A stretch of DNA of 54,086 nt from Anaerolineae bacterium (GTDB taxonomy: Bacteria; Chloroflexota; Anaerolineae; JAAYZQ01). The stretch covers positions 1-54,086 of the forward strand of contig JAMJFU010000003.1 in the NCBI GenBank assembly GCA_023544525.1, in the 5' to 3' direction. How positions within the stretch are numbered: the stretch's first letter is position 1; each line of letters begins with the position of its first letter. Of this stretch, positions 1 to 10,004 are shown in pieces. The translations under genes were made by a program, and so were the position numbers. The notes under the pieces were generated by a model that did no database searches, was not told the origin of the DNA, and saw only the letters and a program-made list of their open reading frames with translations.

Positions 1-1146
1 TGTGCTGCCACTGACGGTCGAGGCAATGATAGCCGTAGCCCCCAGTTCGGCCGCAATTTCGGTCGCCACCTGGCTGATGGCCTCGGTGACGTTCCGAAAG
101 CCCGACAGGAGGCTGCGATGGAGCCAGTCCTGGTAGGGCATGCTGCGCTCGGTCACCTCGGCGATGCGGGCCATCGTCTGGACGGCTTGTAGTGGATAAC
201 TCCCGACTGCCGTCTCGCCGGAGAGCATGATGGCGTCGGAGCCGTCAAGGATGGCATTCGCCACGTCCGATGCCTCGGCCCGAGTGGGCCGTGGGTTACG
301 CATCATCGAATCCAGCATCTGTGTGGCTGTGATCACCGGTTTGCTGGCGTTATTGCAGAGCTTGATGATCCTTTTCTGAAAGATCGGCACCTCCTCGGCA
401 GGTGCCTCGATGCCCAGATCCCCGCGCGCGACCATCATCCCGTCGGACACCTCCAGGATCTCTTCGATGCAATCCAGGGCCTCCGGCTTTTCGATCTTGG
501 CGATAATGGGCGTCTGCGAGTCCAGTTCCTCCAGGAAAGTGCGGAGTTGCTGCACGTCCTTGGGCGAGCGGACAAAGGACAGGGCAAAATAGTCGACGTG
601 CTGCTCGACGGCGAATCTGGCGTCAGCCCGGTCCTTCTCGGTCACGGAGGGCATCTTGATGCTTGTGTGGGGCAGGCTGATGCCCTTGCGTGATCCGAGC
701 ACCCCTCCGGTGATGACCTTCGTTTCGACCTGGCCTTCCTCCACGCTCTCGACTTTCAGCTCCAGCAGGCCGTCGTCCAGCAGGATGCGATCTCCCGGCT
801 CGACCTCGCGTAGAAGCTCGGGGTGGGGCACGGGGATCCTGCCCGGCTCGTCAGACGAGCCCGCCTCCACCATCGTAAACCTCTCGCCCCTCACCAGTTG
901 GACAGCTTGTCCAGGGAGCACGCCTACCCGTAGCTTGGGTCCCTGGAGATCGGCCAGGATGGCGATGGGCCGGCCTGTCTCTTTGGCTACCTGCCTGACT
1001 ATATCGATGCGCTCTGCCTGCTCCTCATGGGTGCCGTGGGAGAAGTTGATCCGAGCCACAGCCATTCCGGCGGCTGCAAAGGAACGGATCGTCTCCACGT
1101 CCCCCGATACGGGACCCAAGGTACAGACGATCTTGGTTCGTAACAT
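1..1146 (-). CDS. pyk: Pyruvate kinase (partial, runs off the window start)
   Basis: Manual translation from ATG 1146: MLRTKIVCTLGP...ARINFSHG...IIAKIEK...GIMVARGDLG...TATQMLDSM...PTRAEASDVANAILDGSDAIMLSGETAVG. SD AGGAGG upstream. Absent from the ORF track because it is truncated. Confidence 0.97.
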   Translation of the reverse strand, partial: MLRTKIVCTLGPVSGDVETIRSFAAAGMAVARINFSHGTHEEQAERIDIVRQVAKETGRPIAILADLQGPKLRVGVLPGQAVQLVRGERFTMVEAGSSDEPGRIPVPHPELLREVEPGDRILLDDGLLELKVESVEEGQVETKVITGGVLGSRKGISLPHTSIKMPSVTEKDRADARFAVEQHVDYFALSFVRSPKDVQQLRTFLEELDSQTPIIAKIEKPEALDCIEEILEVSDGMMVARGDLGIEAPAEEVPIFQKRIIKLCNNASKPVITATQMLDSMMRNPRPTRAEASDVANAILDGSDAIMLSGETAVGSYPLQAVQTMARIAEVTERSMPYQDWLHRSLLSGFRNVTEAISQVATEIAAELGATAIIASTVSGST

Positions 1147-1161
1147 CTGGCTTTCCTCCTG

Positions 1162-2433
1162 TCACTCCAGAAGCGGGGGTTCTATATGGATCCCTTCCAA
1201 TAGCTGCTGCTCCGCTTCACGCAGGCTAAAGATAGAAGCCACACCTGCCAGTAGGACAATGATGCCAGTAAACATGAACACGTTTGACGGTCCGACGATG
1301 TCGCCCAGAATACCGGCCATGATGAGGGCACCCATGGTCCCGATGCCGATGACGGTGACCATCGCGCTTTCGACCCGGCCACGTTGAGAGTCGGGTACTA
1401 GGGCCTGGGTCATGGCCGCCAGCGTAGTCCGCGCCGAGACGACGCATAGCCCCACCACCAACGCGCCAACAAGGACCAACCAGTAGACCGGGGCGATAGC
1501 AAAGACCAAAATGCCCAAACCGAGGATGATCATCGTGATGCTGACGATCTGTCGCGAACGTGCCCAGGTGGCGTATGCGCTGATCAGAAGGGCGCCAAAG
1601 GCCATGCCTACGCCTTCTGTGGCCTGCAGCAGGCCGAGATACTCGGCCGAGATGCCCAGCAGTTGTTTAAAATAGGCAGCAGCCAGGAGGACGGTTGCGC
1701 TCAAGCCGAGGGTGGCCATGGTTGTGATGGCCATAAGCTGGAGCAAAGGCTTGTTGCTGCCGATATAGCGAACGCCATCGGTAAAGTCTGTCCAAAATCT
1801 GCGGAACTCACCAGCTGCCACCGAGGTGCCGGCCGGCGGCGTGCCGGAGGGGATACGGGCCGCCAGCAGAAGAGCTCCGGAGACCAGGAATGTCATCGAG
1901 TCTACTACAAAGGCGGTATAGGTCGAGGTTAGGCTGATGACCAGGGTTGCCAACGAAGCCCCGGCGATCAGAGAGATCAGTTCGGTGGCCTGGATGAGGG
2001 CATTGGCGGTCAGGAGGTGCTCGGCGGGCACCATGTTGGGAATAGAGGCGTTGCGTGCCGGGACAAAGACGGCGCCGACACCCATTACGGCAAAGGCCGT
2101 CAGGTAGAGGATGTACAGGTCCCCTGAGTCTTGCACCAAAAGGGCCAGGAGGATGAGGCCCGCACGCAGTATATCGGTGACGATCATGACCGTCTTGCGG
2201 CTGAAGCGGTCGACAAAGACGCCACTGGCCAATGCGAAGAGCTGAGGCAGGGTCATGGCGGTGGCGATGACCACCACAGCCAATCCAGATCTGGCGGCCA
2301 GCTCGTTGATCAGCACCAAAGCGGCGACAACGGCGAAATTGTCCCCAACTTTGGAAATGAGCTGGCTCAAGAACAGAGCCAGGAAATCACGGTTTCTCAA
2401 GACCGTCAACATACCGGCCCTGTGGTTATTCAT
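1162..2433 (-). CDS. MFS transporter (DHA3/macrolide-efflux-like)
   Basis: 423 aa with about 12 hydrophobic segments, motif A GVFVDRFSRK, and N-terminal LRNRDFLALFLSQLIS. Confidence 0.9.
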   Translation of the reverse strand: MNNHRAGMLTVLRNRDFLALFLSQLISKVGDNFAVVAALVLINELAARSGLAVVVIATAMTLPQLFALASGVFVDRFSRKTVMIVTDILRAGLILLALLVQDSGDLYILYLTAFAVMGVGAVFVPARNASIPNMVPAEHLLTANALIQATELISLIAGASLATLVISLTSTYTAFVVDSMTFLVSGALLLAARIPSGTPPAGTSVAAGEFRRFWTDFTDGVRYIGSNKPLLQLMAITTMATLGLSATVLLAAAYFKQLLGISAEYLGLLQATEGVGMAFGALLISAYATWARSRQIVSITMIILGLGILVFAIAPVYWLVLVGALVVGLCVVSARTTLAAMTQALVPDSQRGRVESAMVTVIGIGTMGALIMAGILGDIVGPSNVFMFTGIIVLLAGVASIFSLREAEQQLLEGIHIEPPLLE

Positions 2434-2469
2434 GCCCGATCCTTAAAGGAAGAGTAGCCGATCCCGCCC

Positions 2470-2498
2470 ATTATAGCCTCAAAGGGAAGCGTTGGCAA
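2470..2498 (-). promoter_or_regulatory. Sigma70-type promoter for MFS-pyk
   Basis: TTGCCA-N17-TATAAT on the minus strand, overlapping the end of the YfhO gene. Confidence 0.65.
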
Positions 2499-4809
2499 AC
2501 GCTTCCCCGGGCTCCGACTTTCGCTTCAGAGCCATGACTGCCAGGCAAGCGAGCAGCGTCAGCCCACTGAGGATGCCTGGCAGAAGCGGTACGTGATAGC
2601 GGATCTCGACCCGTTGGCTCCCGGCTGCTACCGTGACTGCCTGCAGGAAGTAGTCGACCCGGTGGATGGGCCGCTCGGCACCGTCCACCCGCGCCCGCCA
2701 ACCAGGATAGAAGGGCTGGCTGATGACGAGCAGTGCTTCCCTGGTAGCCGAGACGTCCAGAATCAACCGGCCTGGCCTGGCCTCTACGACCTGCACGGTG
2801 CCCGGCGGAGTGGCTGCGTCCCCTGGTCCTAGACCTTCAACGGTCCTGGGCGAGATGGCCGTCGTGCGCGGGGAAAACCCTTCAGCATTGAGCATCTCCA
2901 GTGCGCGGGTGTCGCTGGCGACGACAACCTCAGAAACCAGCCAGGCACGCGGCAGCGGATCGCCGACCTGGTAGATTTTTGTGGCTCCCTCCTCATAGAC
3001 GCGCACCAGGCCAGGGCCGTCCAGGTCCTCCTGGCTGAGCACGTAGCGCACGTTGAGCAACTGCCAGCGACGCCAGCTTTCCACTTGCTCTTCGAATACC
3101 TCGAAATGATCCAGGCGCAGCGGCGTATTGCCAGTGATGTCTTCGATCTGGTACACGATGCCTGCACTGGCCCCACCCGGCAGCCAGCCCGCGCTGGAGA
3201 TGCGGTAGGTGCCGGTCTGTGCTTTGAGAAAGCGGACTATCCCCGTTTCGGGGAACGGGCCGCCCGGCAACGGCTGGGCAAGGTTGTACTGCCAGTTGAC
3301 CGTGAACAGGTTGAGCCAGATGAGGCCCAGCGCCAAGGCCATCGACACGCCCCGCCGCGCTCGCCCGGCTAGCCGGGCTGCAAACAGCAGGGCCGATCCG
3401 CCGAGAATGAACAGCACCAGCACGTGGTGCCGCAGCAGGCCCTCGAAGAGGTTGACCTCGACGCCCTGCTGCTGTCCCTGCAGATAGCCAAAGTAGAACA
3501 GGGCGGTCAGCGCGATGAATGCCAGCCACAGCCAGATCAGTGCCCGACCAAAGCGCCGGAATCCTCTACGCACCAACCGATGCACTGGTTGCACGAGCGT
3601 CAACGCGCCATAGCCAGCCAGAACACTGATGGCAAAACCAAAGAGGTAGATGATTCGCTCCTGGTCCCGCACCGCGCCAAAGCCAGGCAGGCCCAGGTAG
3701 GCCAGGCTGTACAGGAACGTGTGCCGCCCAAAGGCCAGGAGAAAGGCGGCGACCGCCACCACGGTCCAAAAGACGACCTCGCGCCGCGACCGCTTCACAA
3801 GGAGGGCAGCGACCGCCAGGACCAAGGGCAGGATGCCCACGTATTGCGGCGACCCGCCGAAATAGCCGGGGTAGAGCAGGTGAGTGACCTCGGCCAGGGG
3901 GAACCCCCAGGACACGGCCTGGTAGTCCAGTCCGGTCCGGGTAGAGTGGGCAATGAACTGCAAGGTGGGCACAAGCTGGATCGCGGTTAGCAGGACCGCC
4001 AGCACAATGGGCAGCAGGACCCAATATGCAGCCAGAGCCAGTCCGGCAGCCAATCGCCTGCTGCGGGACGGTGAGCCTGCTCCTGACCGGACGTGCTTGT
4101 CCCTGCGGGACCAGACCAAAAAGAGGCCATAGGCAAACACGGCATAGATCACATAGAGGGCCGTCTGGGGGTGCCCTGCCAGAAGGGCGCAGGCCAGTGC
4201 CAGCCCTGCCAAAACGAGCTGGGATAACGGCTGGGTGCGTTCCGCTGCCCGGTCGAGAAAGAGCAGGATGAGTGGCAGCCAAACGGCCGTCTCGAGGATG
4301 GTGATCTGTTGCACGGGGAAGGAGGTGAGATAGCCAGCATAGGTGAAAGCAATGGCCGAGACGGCACCGGCAAAGCGTGCTGCTGCGAGGGACGAGCCTA
4401 CGCGGCGCGCCCGGTGGCGGACAAAAACGTAGGTAAACAGGCTGGCCAGTGAAAAGTGAAAGATGACCTGAGCCGTCAAGAGGCCTAACCCGAAGGAGAG
4501 GCCAGACAGGGCCAGGGCCAGATCGGGCAGCAGGTTGAACGGATAGAAAAAGCCGGTTTGGATGTCGGCCAGGCCGGGCTGACCCGCGTTGATGTAGGGG
4601 TTCCACGCCGGCAGGCGCCCTGCAGCCAGTTCTCGGGCGCCGAACAGATGGAGCGGGTAGTACTGGCTTGTAAAGTCGCCGGGGGGGATCACAGCCCGGT
4701 CGGCGGGATCAAGGGCCCACAACCGCCACCAGAAAAGCAGCGGCAGGAGCATGAGGCCGGCGACGAGGAGTCCTTCTACCAGCGCGTTTCGTCGTTGTCG
4801 ATGGGACAC
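2479..4809 (-). CDS. YfhO-family multi-pass membrane protein (GT-C fold glycosyltransferase-like)
   Basis: GDFTSQYYP, GRLPAWNPYINAGQP, LLAGHPQ and a C-terminal YPGWRARVDG domain. Start set at GTG 4809 with SD AGGAG; the ORF-track start 4959 overlaps the upstream gene. Confidence 0.85.
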   Translation of the reverse strand: MSHRQRRNALVEGLLVAGLMLLPLLFWWRLWALDPADRAVIPPGDFTSQYYPLHLFGARELAAGRLPAWNPYINAGQPGLADIQTGFFYPFNLLPDLALALSGLSFGLGLLTAQVIFHFSLASLFTYVFVRHRARRVGSSLAAARFAGAVSAIAFTYAGYLTSFPVQQITILETAVWLPLILLFLDRAAERTQPLSQLVLAGLALACALLAGHPQTALYVIYAVFAYGLFLVWSRRDKHVRSGAGSPSRSRRLAAGLALAAYWVLLPIVLAVLLTAIQLVPTLQFIAHSTRTGLDYQAVSWGFPLAEVTHLLYPGYFGGSPQYVGILPLVLAVAALLVKRSRREVVFWTVVAVAAFLLAFGRHTFLYSLAYLGLPGFGAVRDQERIIYLFGFAISVLAGYGALTLVQPVHRLVRRGFRRFGRALIWLWLAFIALTALFYFGYLQGQQQGVEVNLFEGLLRHHVLVLFILGGSALLFAARLAGRARRGVSMALALGLIWLNLFTVNWQYNLAQPLPGGPFPETGIVRFLKAQTGTYRISSAGWLPGGASAGIVYQIEDITGNTPLRLDHFEVFEEQVESWRRWQLLNVRYVLSQEDLDGPGLVRVYEEGATKIYQVGDPLPRAWLVSEVVVASDTRALEMLNAEGFSPRTTAISPRTVEGLGPGDAATPPGTVQVVEARPGRLILDVSATREALLVISQPFYPGWRARVDGAERPIHRVDYFLQAVTVAAGSQRVEIRYHVPLLPGILSGLTLLACLAVMALKRKSEPGEAFANASL

Positions 4810-4862
4810 TGTCGAGCTCCTACTCGGACGGTGAGTTGTTGGCAAACAGCGCCTGGGGTCAG

Positions 4863-6293
4863 TCAGCCGCTGCGGCGGTCGCGCTTGCGGTCCTTGCGGC
4901 TGGCACGGCGTTGTGGCGTGCCCCGGTAACTCGGGGCGAGGATGGCAAATACGGTACACCGTCCTACGTCGAGCATCCGGGTACGCAGCCGCGCATCGAC
5001 GTCGTCGATGGGCTGGGACATGGTGATGACGGTGGGCAGGCGAGCGTTGTACCGATGGTTGAGGAGCTGGAAGAGCTTCTCCTGGGCCCAGGGGCTGGTG
5101 CTCTCTGTCCCGAGGTCGTCAAGGACCAACAGCGGTGCTTTGCGCACTTCTTCGAACCGTGTGTCGAATCGAACGGTGCTGTGGGGGCTGAACGTGGCCC
5201 GCAGATGATCCAGGAGATCGGGTACGACGACAAAAAGCGCTGTCTCGCCCGAAGCCGTCCAGCTATTGGCGATGGCCGCGGCGAGGTGGGTCTTGCCGCT
5301 GCCATAGTCACCAGTCAGCACCAGCCAGTCTTCCGGGTGGCGGGCGTAGTTGCGGCACAGTTCGAGTGCACGCTTCAGATTGGCCTGTTCGTCCGCCGGT
5401 AGCTCATCCTCCCTGAGCTCAAAGGTATCGAAGGTCATATCCTGCATAATGGACAGGCTGGACAGGTCCGACCGGTCCTGGGCCACCCCACTCAGGCGAA
5501 AGTCCGGGGCGAGGATGGTCAGCAGGTGGGTCAGGTCTGGGTCGACCATGCGCGAGCGAATGCGCAGGTCGATCTCTTCCAGGTCATTGTTGGAGGTGAT
5601 GACGGTTGGCAGCCGGGCGTTGTAGCGGTAGTTCAAGATCTGAAAGAGCTTTTCTGTCGCCCAGCTGGTGCTGCTCTGCGTGCCCAGATCGTCCAGGATG
5701 AGCAACGGTGCATTTCGCACCTCTTCGAATCGCTGGTCGTAGCGGACAGGACTGGACGGGCTGTAGGTCGCTCGAAGATGGTCGAGGAGATCGGGCACGA
5801 CGACAAAGAGGACCGGTTGACCGCGTTTGATGGCCCTGTTGGCGATGGCCGCCGCCAGGTGGGTCTTGCCAGAGCCATATCCGCCGAACAGGATCAGCCA
5901 GCCCTCCGGGTTGTCAGCGTAGCGGCGTGCTTCCTCGTAGACATTCCGCAGGTTCTCCGCCTTGTCCGGTGGCAGGCCATAGCCTTCGGGCACAAAGGTC
6001 TTAAAGGCCATGCGGTGCAGGTGTTTGAGATTGCCCAAAGCCCGCAGTTGCTCCAGGCGCTGTTGCTCGAGGTTGGCGAGCTGACAGCGACAGGGAAAGA
6101 CCTTGCCAAAGTTTGGATGGTCTATCGGTACGTCTTCTCGCAGATAGCCGAGCCCACCACACAGGGGGCATTCGGCTGTTGCCTGTTCACCGTTCGGCGC
6201 GAGGTGCTCCGCGTCAGTGTTCGATATAGTCGGCATAGTCTCCTTCGATGAACCGGCGCCTGTCTCTCTCAGCACCTCGTCTAGACGTCTCAT
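4863..6293 (-). CDS. DnaC/DnaI/IstB-like helicase-loader ATPase with two tandem AAA+ domains
   Basis: N-terminal CPLC...CRC Zn motif, two Walker A motifs (GGYGSGKT, GDYGSGKT) and two Walker B motifs (LILDDLG, LVLDDLG). Lies next to a DnaD-like gene. Start ATG 6293 has a GGAGG SD. Confidence 0.85.
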   Translation of the reverse strand: MRRLDEVLRETGAGSSKETMPTISNTDAEHLAPNGEQATAECPLCGGLGYLREDVPIDHPNFGKVFPCRCQLANLEQQRLEQLRALGNLKHLHRMAFKTFVPEGYGLPPDKAENLRNVYEEARRYADNPEGWLILFGGYGSGKTHLAAAIANRAIKRGQPVLFVVVPDLLDHLRATYSPSSPVRYDQRFEEVRNAPLLILDDLGTQSSTSWATEKLFQILNYRYNARLPTVITSNNDLEEIDLRIRSRMVDPDLTHLLTILAPDFRLSGVAQDRSDLSSLSIMQDMTFDTFELREDELPADEQANLKRALELCRNYARHPEDWLVLTGDYGSGKTHLAAAIANSWTASGETALFVVVPDLLDHLRATFSPHSTVRFDTRFEEVRKAPLLVLDDLGTESTSPWAQEKLFQLLNHRYNARLPTVITMSQPIDDVDARLRTRMLDVGRCTVFAILAPSYRGTPQRRASRKDRKRDRRSG

Positions 6294-6918
6294 CCTCTCT
6301 TCCCTCCGCAGCCCAGCGTTCCAGAATACGCTGGACATACCGCCAACTGCGCTTGTTGAGCTCCACAGCTTCGCGGAAGGCGTCTTCGATCCATGCGGCA
6401 GGATAGGTATCCTCCGCTTCCATTAGTTCTTCAGCCAAAAGCGGCGTAAGGGCGCCAATGTTGTGCTCGTAGAGGACAAAGATGTTGGGCCGCTGGGCCT
6501 CGAGGCGCACAGTCTCTCGTGACTCGGCCGGTGTCCACCTGCCGCTAACGATGTGATCTACCGCCTGCCGGCCCTTCTCGCTGTTGACCAGGTACCAGTC
6601 CTGGCGGTCCTGGCCCTCTCCGGCGCTGACCCGCAACAACGAACGCCGGGCGACTGCCCGCTCCAGGGCGTCGCGCAAGGCCTCCTCGGGCGGGAGGCCT
6701 GGCTCAGCCAGGCCCTCAAGCAGGCGGCGGTCGCCGGCCAGTTCACGCCCACTGACGCAGGGAACCTCGTCGCGTCTCTGGGTGAACAACCAGAAGACGT
6801 GAAGTGTCACCTTCAGTTCACCCAGATGATCGATCGTGGGCAGTAGCTCAGTAAAAAACAGGTTCGGCACTGGCGTATACGGTTGTTTGCCGGCCGGAAA
6901 CCCGGCAAAACCCTTCAT
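6214..6918 (-). CDS. DnaD-domain replication protein
   Basis: N-terminal TPVPNLFFTELLPTIDHLGELKVTL and a C-terminal DnaD/DnaB_2 domain NIFVLYEHNIG...WIEDAFREAVELNKRSWRYVQRILERW. Confidence 0.85.
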   Translation of the reverse strand: MKGFAGFPAGKQPYTPVPNLFFTELLPTIDHLGELKVTLHVFWLFTQRRDEVPCVSGRELAGDRRLLEGLAEPGLPPEEALRDALERAVARRSLLRVSAGEGQDRQDWYLVNSEKGRQAVDHIVSGRWTPAESRETVRLEAQRPNIFVLYEHNIGALTPLLAEELMEAEDTYPAAWIEDAFREAVELNKRSWRYVQRILERWAAEGREDETSRRGAERDRRRFIEGDYADYIEH

Positions 6919-6951
6919 GGTTGTCACCAGCCTTCTGTTCTCACTGGAGAG

Positions 6952-6980
6952 ATTATAGACCCCCTTGCCCTGTTCGTCAA
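6952..6980 (-). promoter_or_regulatory. Sigma70 promoter for the dnaD-loader unit
   Basis: TTGACG-N17-TATAAT, near consensus. Confidence 0.8.
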
Positions 6981-7084
6981 GAGGCTGCTTGCTGTACCCC
7001 GGCGTCGGTATCGTAGTGCGGCACGAGCAGGATGCACCCATCGTGGATCACGGCCAGCGCCACCCGGATCCGGATCTCGGCCAT
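6977..7084 (-). pseudogene. Truncated NUDIX-hydrolase-like remnant (35 aa)
   Basis: ATG overlaps the upstream stop (TGATG). MAEIRIRVALAVIHDGCILLVPHYDTDAG resembles the first strands of a NUDIX fold but stops before any Nudix box. Confidence 0.5.
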
Positions 7085-8571
7085 CACTCGACCGCGCCCA
7101 CGATCCGCACCATCCCCGGCAGCTCCGGCACTGGCTCCTCGAGGTAGGCACTGTGGTAGCCGGCACCATCCTGCCAGGCGTAGATGGGGCGCGTACCCAG
7201 CCAGGTTCCGATCTCGCCCGGTGTGACCCAGCGGGCTGAATACCACTCCTTCTCGGCCCAGGCTACGTACAGGATTGCCTCCAGGTCGTCATAATGGGGC
7301 TCCGAATCCACCAGCACAAACTCGGGGCCTGCCTCGGCCACAAACCGCTCGGCCATGTCCTGGTAGTAGGTGTTGTCGCTCTCATCCACGTCGGCCCAGT
7401 TCTGCCAGAGGGGATAGAGCGGCATGGCCAGGATCACAGCGGCCAAGACCACTGACAAGGGGCTGGCCAGCCAGCCTGGTTGCTCGTGGAGCAGATCCCG
7501 CAGCCACTTGCGCAAAGCGCTCAAGCCACAGCCCAGAAAGACTGCAAAGATCAAATAAGACGGGACGAGATAGATGCGAAACGTGACCCCGCCATAGTTC
7601 ATGCCAAAGGTATAGAGGCCCAGGGCGGCCAATGCCAGGAAAGCGGTGCTCTTGAAATCGGCTTTGAGCCGTTCCCAGGCGCCGATCCAGCCCAGAATGT
7701 AGCCCCAGCGGAAGAACTGCTTCTCCAGGAGCTCCAGGTAGATGCGCAGGCGATCGACCTGGTCACCAAGGCCGAAGCCAAAGAACTGGCCCGGAAAGCG
7801 GTTCCTCGTCATCCAATGGATCCAGCCACGCCAGGAGAATGGCCCCAGCTCGTTCAACAGCGGCTGCTGGTGGGCGCGGATAATGACGTACAGGTACTGG
7901 GCAGCGCCCAGCAGCGCCAGCCCGGCCATGGCTGCCACGTGCCTGGGCTTGAGGAGCAAGCTGTAGTCGGTGACCAGTAGCAGGTAAAGGATGGCCGGCA
8001 GCAGTGTCACCACCGTCATATGATTGCCAAAGCTCAGCGCGTACAGGCCGAGGCCAAGATACAGCATCCCGACCCTGCGGGTCTGGTGCCAGACCAGCAA
8101 CGCCAGAATCACCGCTCCAATGAGGAAAGCGTTCAGCGTGTACACTTCGGCCACCACTGCCTGGCCCCACAGCGCCCGTGAGAAGGCGAAAGACAGGCCG
8201 GCAGACGCCGCAGCGATCCAGTCATTGGCCAGGTGCATGACGATCAGATACACCATGACCGCCGCGAGCGCTGCAAAGAAGGCGGACATCAGATTGGCGC
8301 GATAGGCATAGTTCTCGCCCACGGCGCCCAGCGGGCCGTTCACCGGCAGGTAGCCAAAGAGCCGGTTCAGGACGATGTACAGTGGATAGCCAAAACGGTG
8401 TGGGATGCCCCAGATGCGGGCTACGTACTGGAAGCGGGCGATGTCACCCCAGCCCACGCCCGGCAACAGGGTCTGCACGTATACCAGCAAGGCGATCAGG
8501 CCCAGGGCAAGAGGAGCGACCAGGCTGGTCATCCAGCGGCTAAGAGTGTGGACGGCTTCGCCCCTTGTCAT
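7084..8571 (-). CDS. DUF2723-domain membrane protein (TMEM260-like GT-C glycosyltransferase)
   Basis: GD..GIPHRFGYPLY, AYRANLMSA, WGQAVVAEVYTL and GNH motifs with many TM helices. Start uncertain (8595, 8571 or 8532). Confidence 0.8.
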   Translation of the reverse strand: MTRGEAVHTLSRWMTSLVAPLALGLIALLVYVQTLLPGVGWGDIARFQYVARIWGIPHRFGYPLYIVLNRLFGYLPVNGPLGAVGENYAYRANLMSAFFAALAAVMVYLIVMHLANDWIAAASAGLSFAFSRALWGQAVVAEVYTLNAFLIGAVILALLVWHQTRRVGMLYLGLGLYALSFGNHMTVVTLLPAILYLLLVTDYSLLLKPRHVAAMAGLALLGAAQYLYVIIRAHQQPLLNELGPFSWRGWIHWMTRNRFPGQFFGFGLGDQVDRLRIYLELLEKQFFRWGYILGWIGAWERLKADFKSTAFLALAALGLYTFGMNYGGVTFRIYLVPSYLIFAVFLGCGLSALRKWLRDLLHEQPGWLASPLSVVLAAVILAMPLYPLWQNWADVDESDNTYYQDMAERFVAEAGPEFVLVDSEPHYDDLEAILYVAWAEKEWYSARWVTPGEIGTWLGTRPIYAWQDGAGYHSAYLEEPVPELPGMVRIVGAVE

Positions 8572-8616
8572 GGTATCCACCGGCGGAGGGATCACGCTGC
8601 CAGGGTCCGCCAGGCC

Positions 8617-9972
8617 CTAGACGATGTCAATCTCCCTGCGGCGGACCTCTGCCTCAAGGAACTGCGCCAGTTCCTTCTTGAAGAAGAGGGCCACGGTACC
8701 GGTTGGGCCATTGCGGTGCTTGGCGACGATGATGTCGGCGATGTTCTTCCGCTCGGTATTCTCGTTGTAAAGTTCATCCCGGTAGATAAAGATCACCACG
8801 TCCGCATCCTGCTCGAGCGCACCGGACTCGCGTAGATCGGACAGGATCGGCCGTTTGTCGGTCCTTGCCTCCACACCTCTGGACAGCTGGGACAGAGCCA
8901 ATATGGGGACGTTAAGCTCCCGCGCCAGGCCCTTCAGCGCCCTGGAGATGGACGAGATCTCCTGGACACGGTTCTCGGAGCGAAAATCGCCACGCATCAA
9001 CTGCAGGTAATCCACAACCAACAGGTCAATGCCAACCTCGGCGTGCAGGCGACGCGCCTTGGTGCGAAGCTCCAGGGCAGAGATGCCAGGCGTATCGTCG
9101 ATATAGAAGAGGCTCTCAGCCAGATCGCTGGCGGCCTTCATGAAGCGGCCCCATTCGTCCTGCGCGATCTCGCCCCGGCGCAGCCTTTGAGAGTTGATGC
9201 CGGTCTCGGCCGACATGAGCCGTTGCACAACCTGCTCGTTGGACATCTCCAGGCTGAAGAAGGCGACCCGCTGGCGGAATCGCTTACTCGCGTTGTGGGC
9301 GATGCTCAGGGCCAGGCTGGTCTTGCCCACGCTGGGGCGAGCAGCGAGGATGACCATGTCGGACCGTTGCAGGCCACCAAGGAGTTTATCCATGTCGGTA
9401 AAGCCGGTCGGGATGCCGATCATCTCGCCGCGATGCCGGGTCAGGTACTCGATCCGGTCATAGTACTCGCTGAGCACCTGCCTGATGGGCACCAGCTCTC
9501 GCGAAATCCGGCGCTCGGATACGCCAAAGAGAACCTGCTCTGCCCGATCGACGACCTCGTCGACGTCGTCCGCTTCCTGGTAGGCCAGTCCGGCGATCTC
9601 ACCCGCGGCCTCGATCAGGCGCCGGCGGGTTGCCGTCCGCTCAATGATGCGCGCATAGTGCTCGGCGTGGATCGACGTAGGCACGGCGTTGATGAGCGAT
9701 GTGATAAAGCCAGGCCCACCGACCTGGTCGAGCTGCTCGCGCCGCTCCAATTCATCACATACGGTCAGGAAATCGATGGGCTCCCGCCGCTCGTGAAGCG
9801 CAAGGGTGGCGTCATAGATCCAGCCGTTCTTCTCCCGGTAAAAGTCGCCGGGTTTGAGGATGGTCGCCACCCGGATGATGGCATCCGGATCGATCAGGAG
9901 GGCGCCCAGTACCGCCTCCTCCGCTTCCATGTTCTGCGGGGGCAGCCGCTCGATCTTGGTACTCTCAGCCAC
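8617..9972 (-). CDS. dnaB: Replicative DNA helicase DnaB
   Basis: [47 protein letters not shown] and KHRNGPTG motifs; no intein. Confidence 0.98.
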   Translation of the reverse strand: MAESTKIERLPPQNMEAEEAVLGALLIDPDAIIRVATILKPGDFYREKNGWIYDATLALHERREPIDFLTVCDELERREQLDQVGGPGFITSLINAVPTSIHAEHYARIIERTATRRRLIEAAGEIAGLAYQEADDVDEVVDRAEQVLFGVSERRISRELVPIRQVLSEYYDRIEYLTRHRGEMIGIPTGFTDMDKLLGGLQRSDMVILAARPSVGKTSLALSIAHNASKRFRQRVAFFSLEMSNEQVVQRLMSAETGINSQRLRRGEIAQDEWGRFMKAASDLAESLFYIDDTPGISALELRTKARRLHAEVGIDLLVVDYLQLMRGDFRSENRVQEISSISRALKGLARELNVPILALSQLSRGVEARTDKRPILSDLRESGALEQDADVVIFIYRDELYNENTERKNIADIIVAKHRNGPTGTVALFFKKELAQFLEAEVRRREIDIV

Positions 9973-10004
9973 GGTTCAGATCACCTTCATTAGCATATTT
10001 GCAT

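Noticed and set aside
656-1387. 243-aa plus-strand ORF
   Set aside because: Antisense shadow of pyk and the MFS gene, with no recognisable motifs.
4863-6338. IS21 element or prophage replication module suggested by the IstB-like ATPase and DnaD
   Set aside because: No IstA transposase, terminal repeats, integrase or phage genes; the context is housekeeping, next to dnaB.
9043-9993. Long antisense ORFs (also 33781-35046, 42107-42940, 43048-44091, 47521-48447, 48209-49306)
   Set aside because: They mirror conserved genes on the opposite strand, as expected from GC-rich codon bias.
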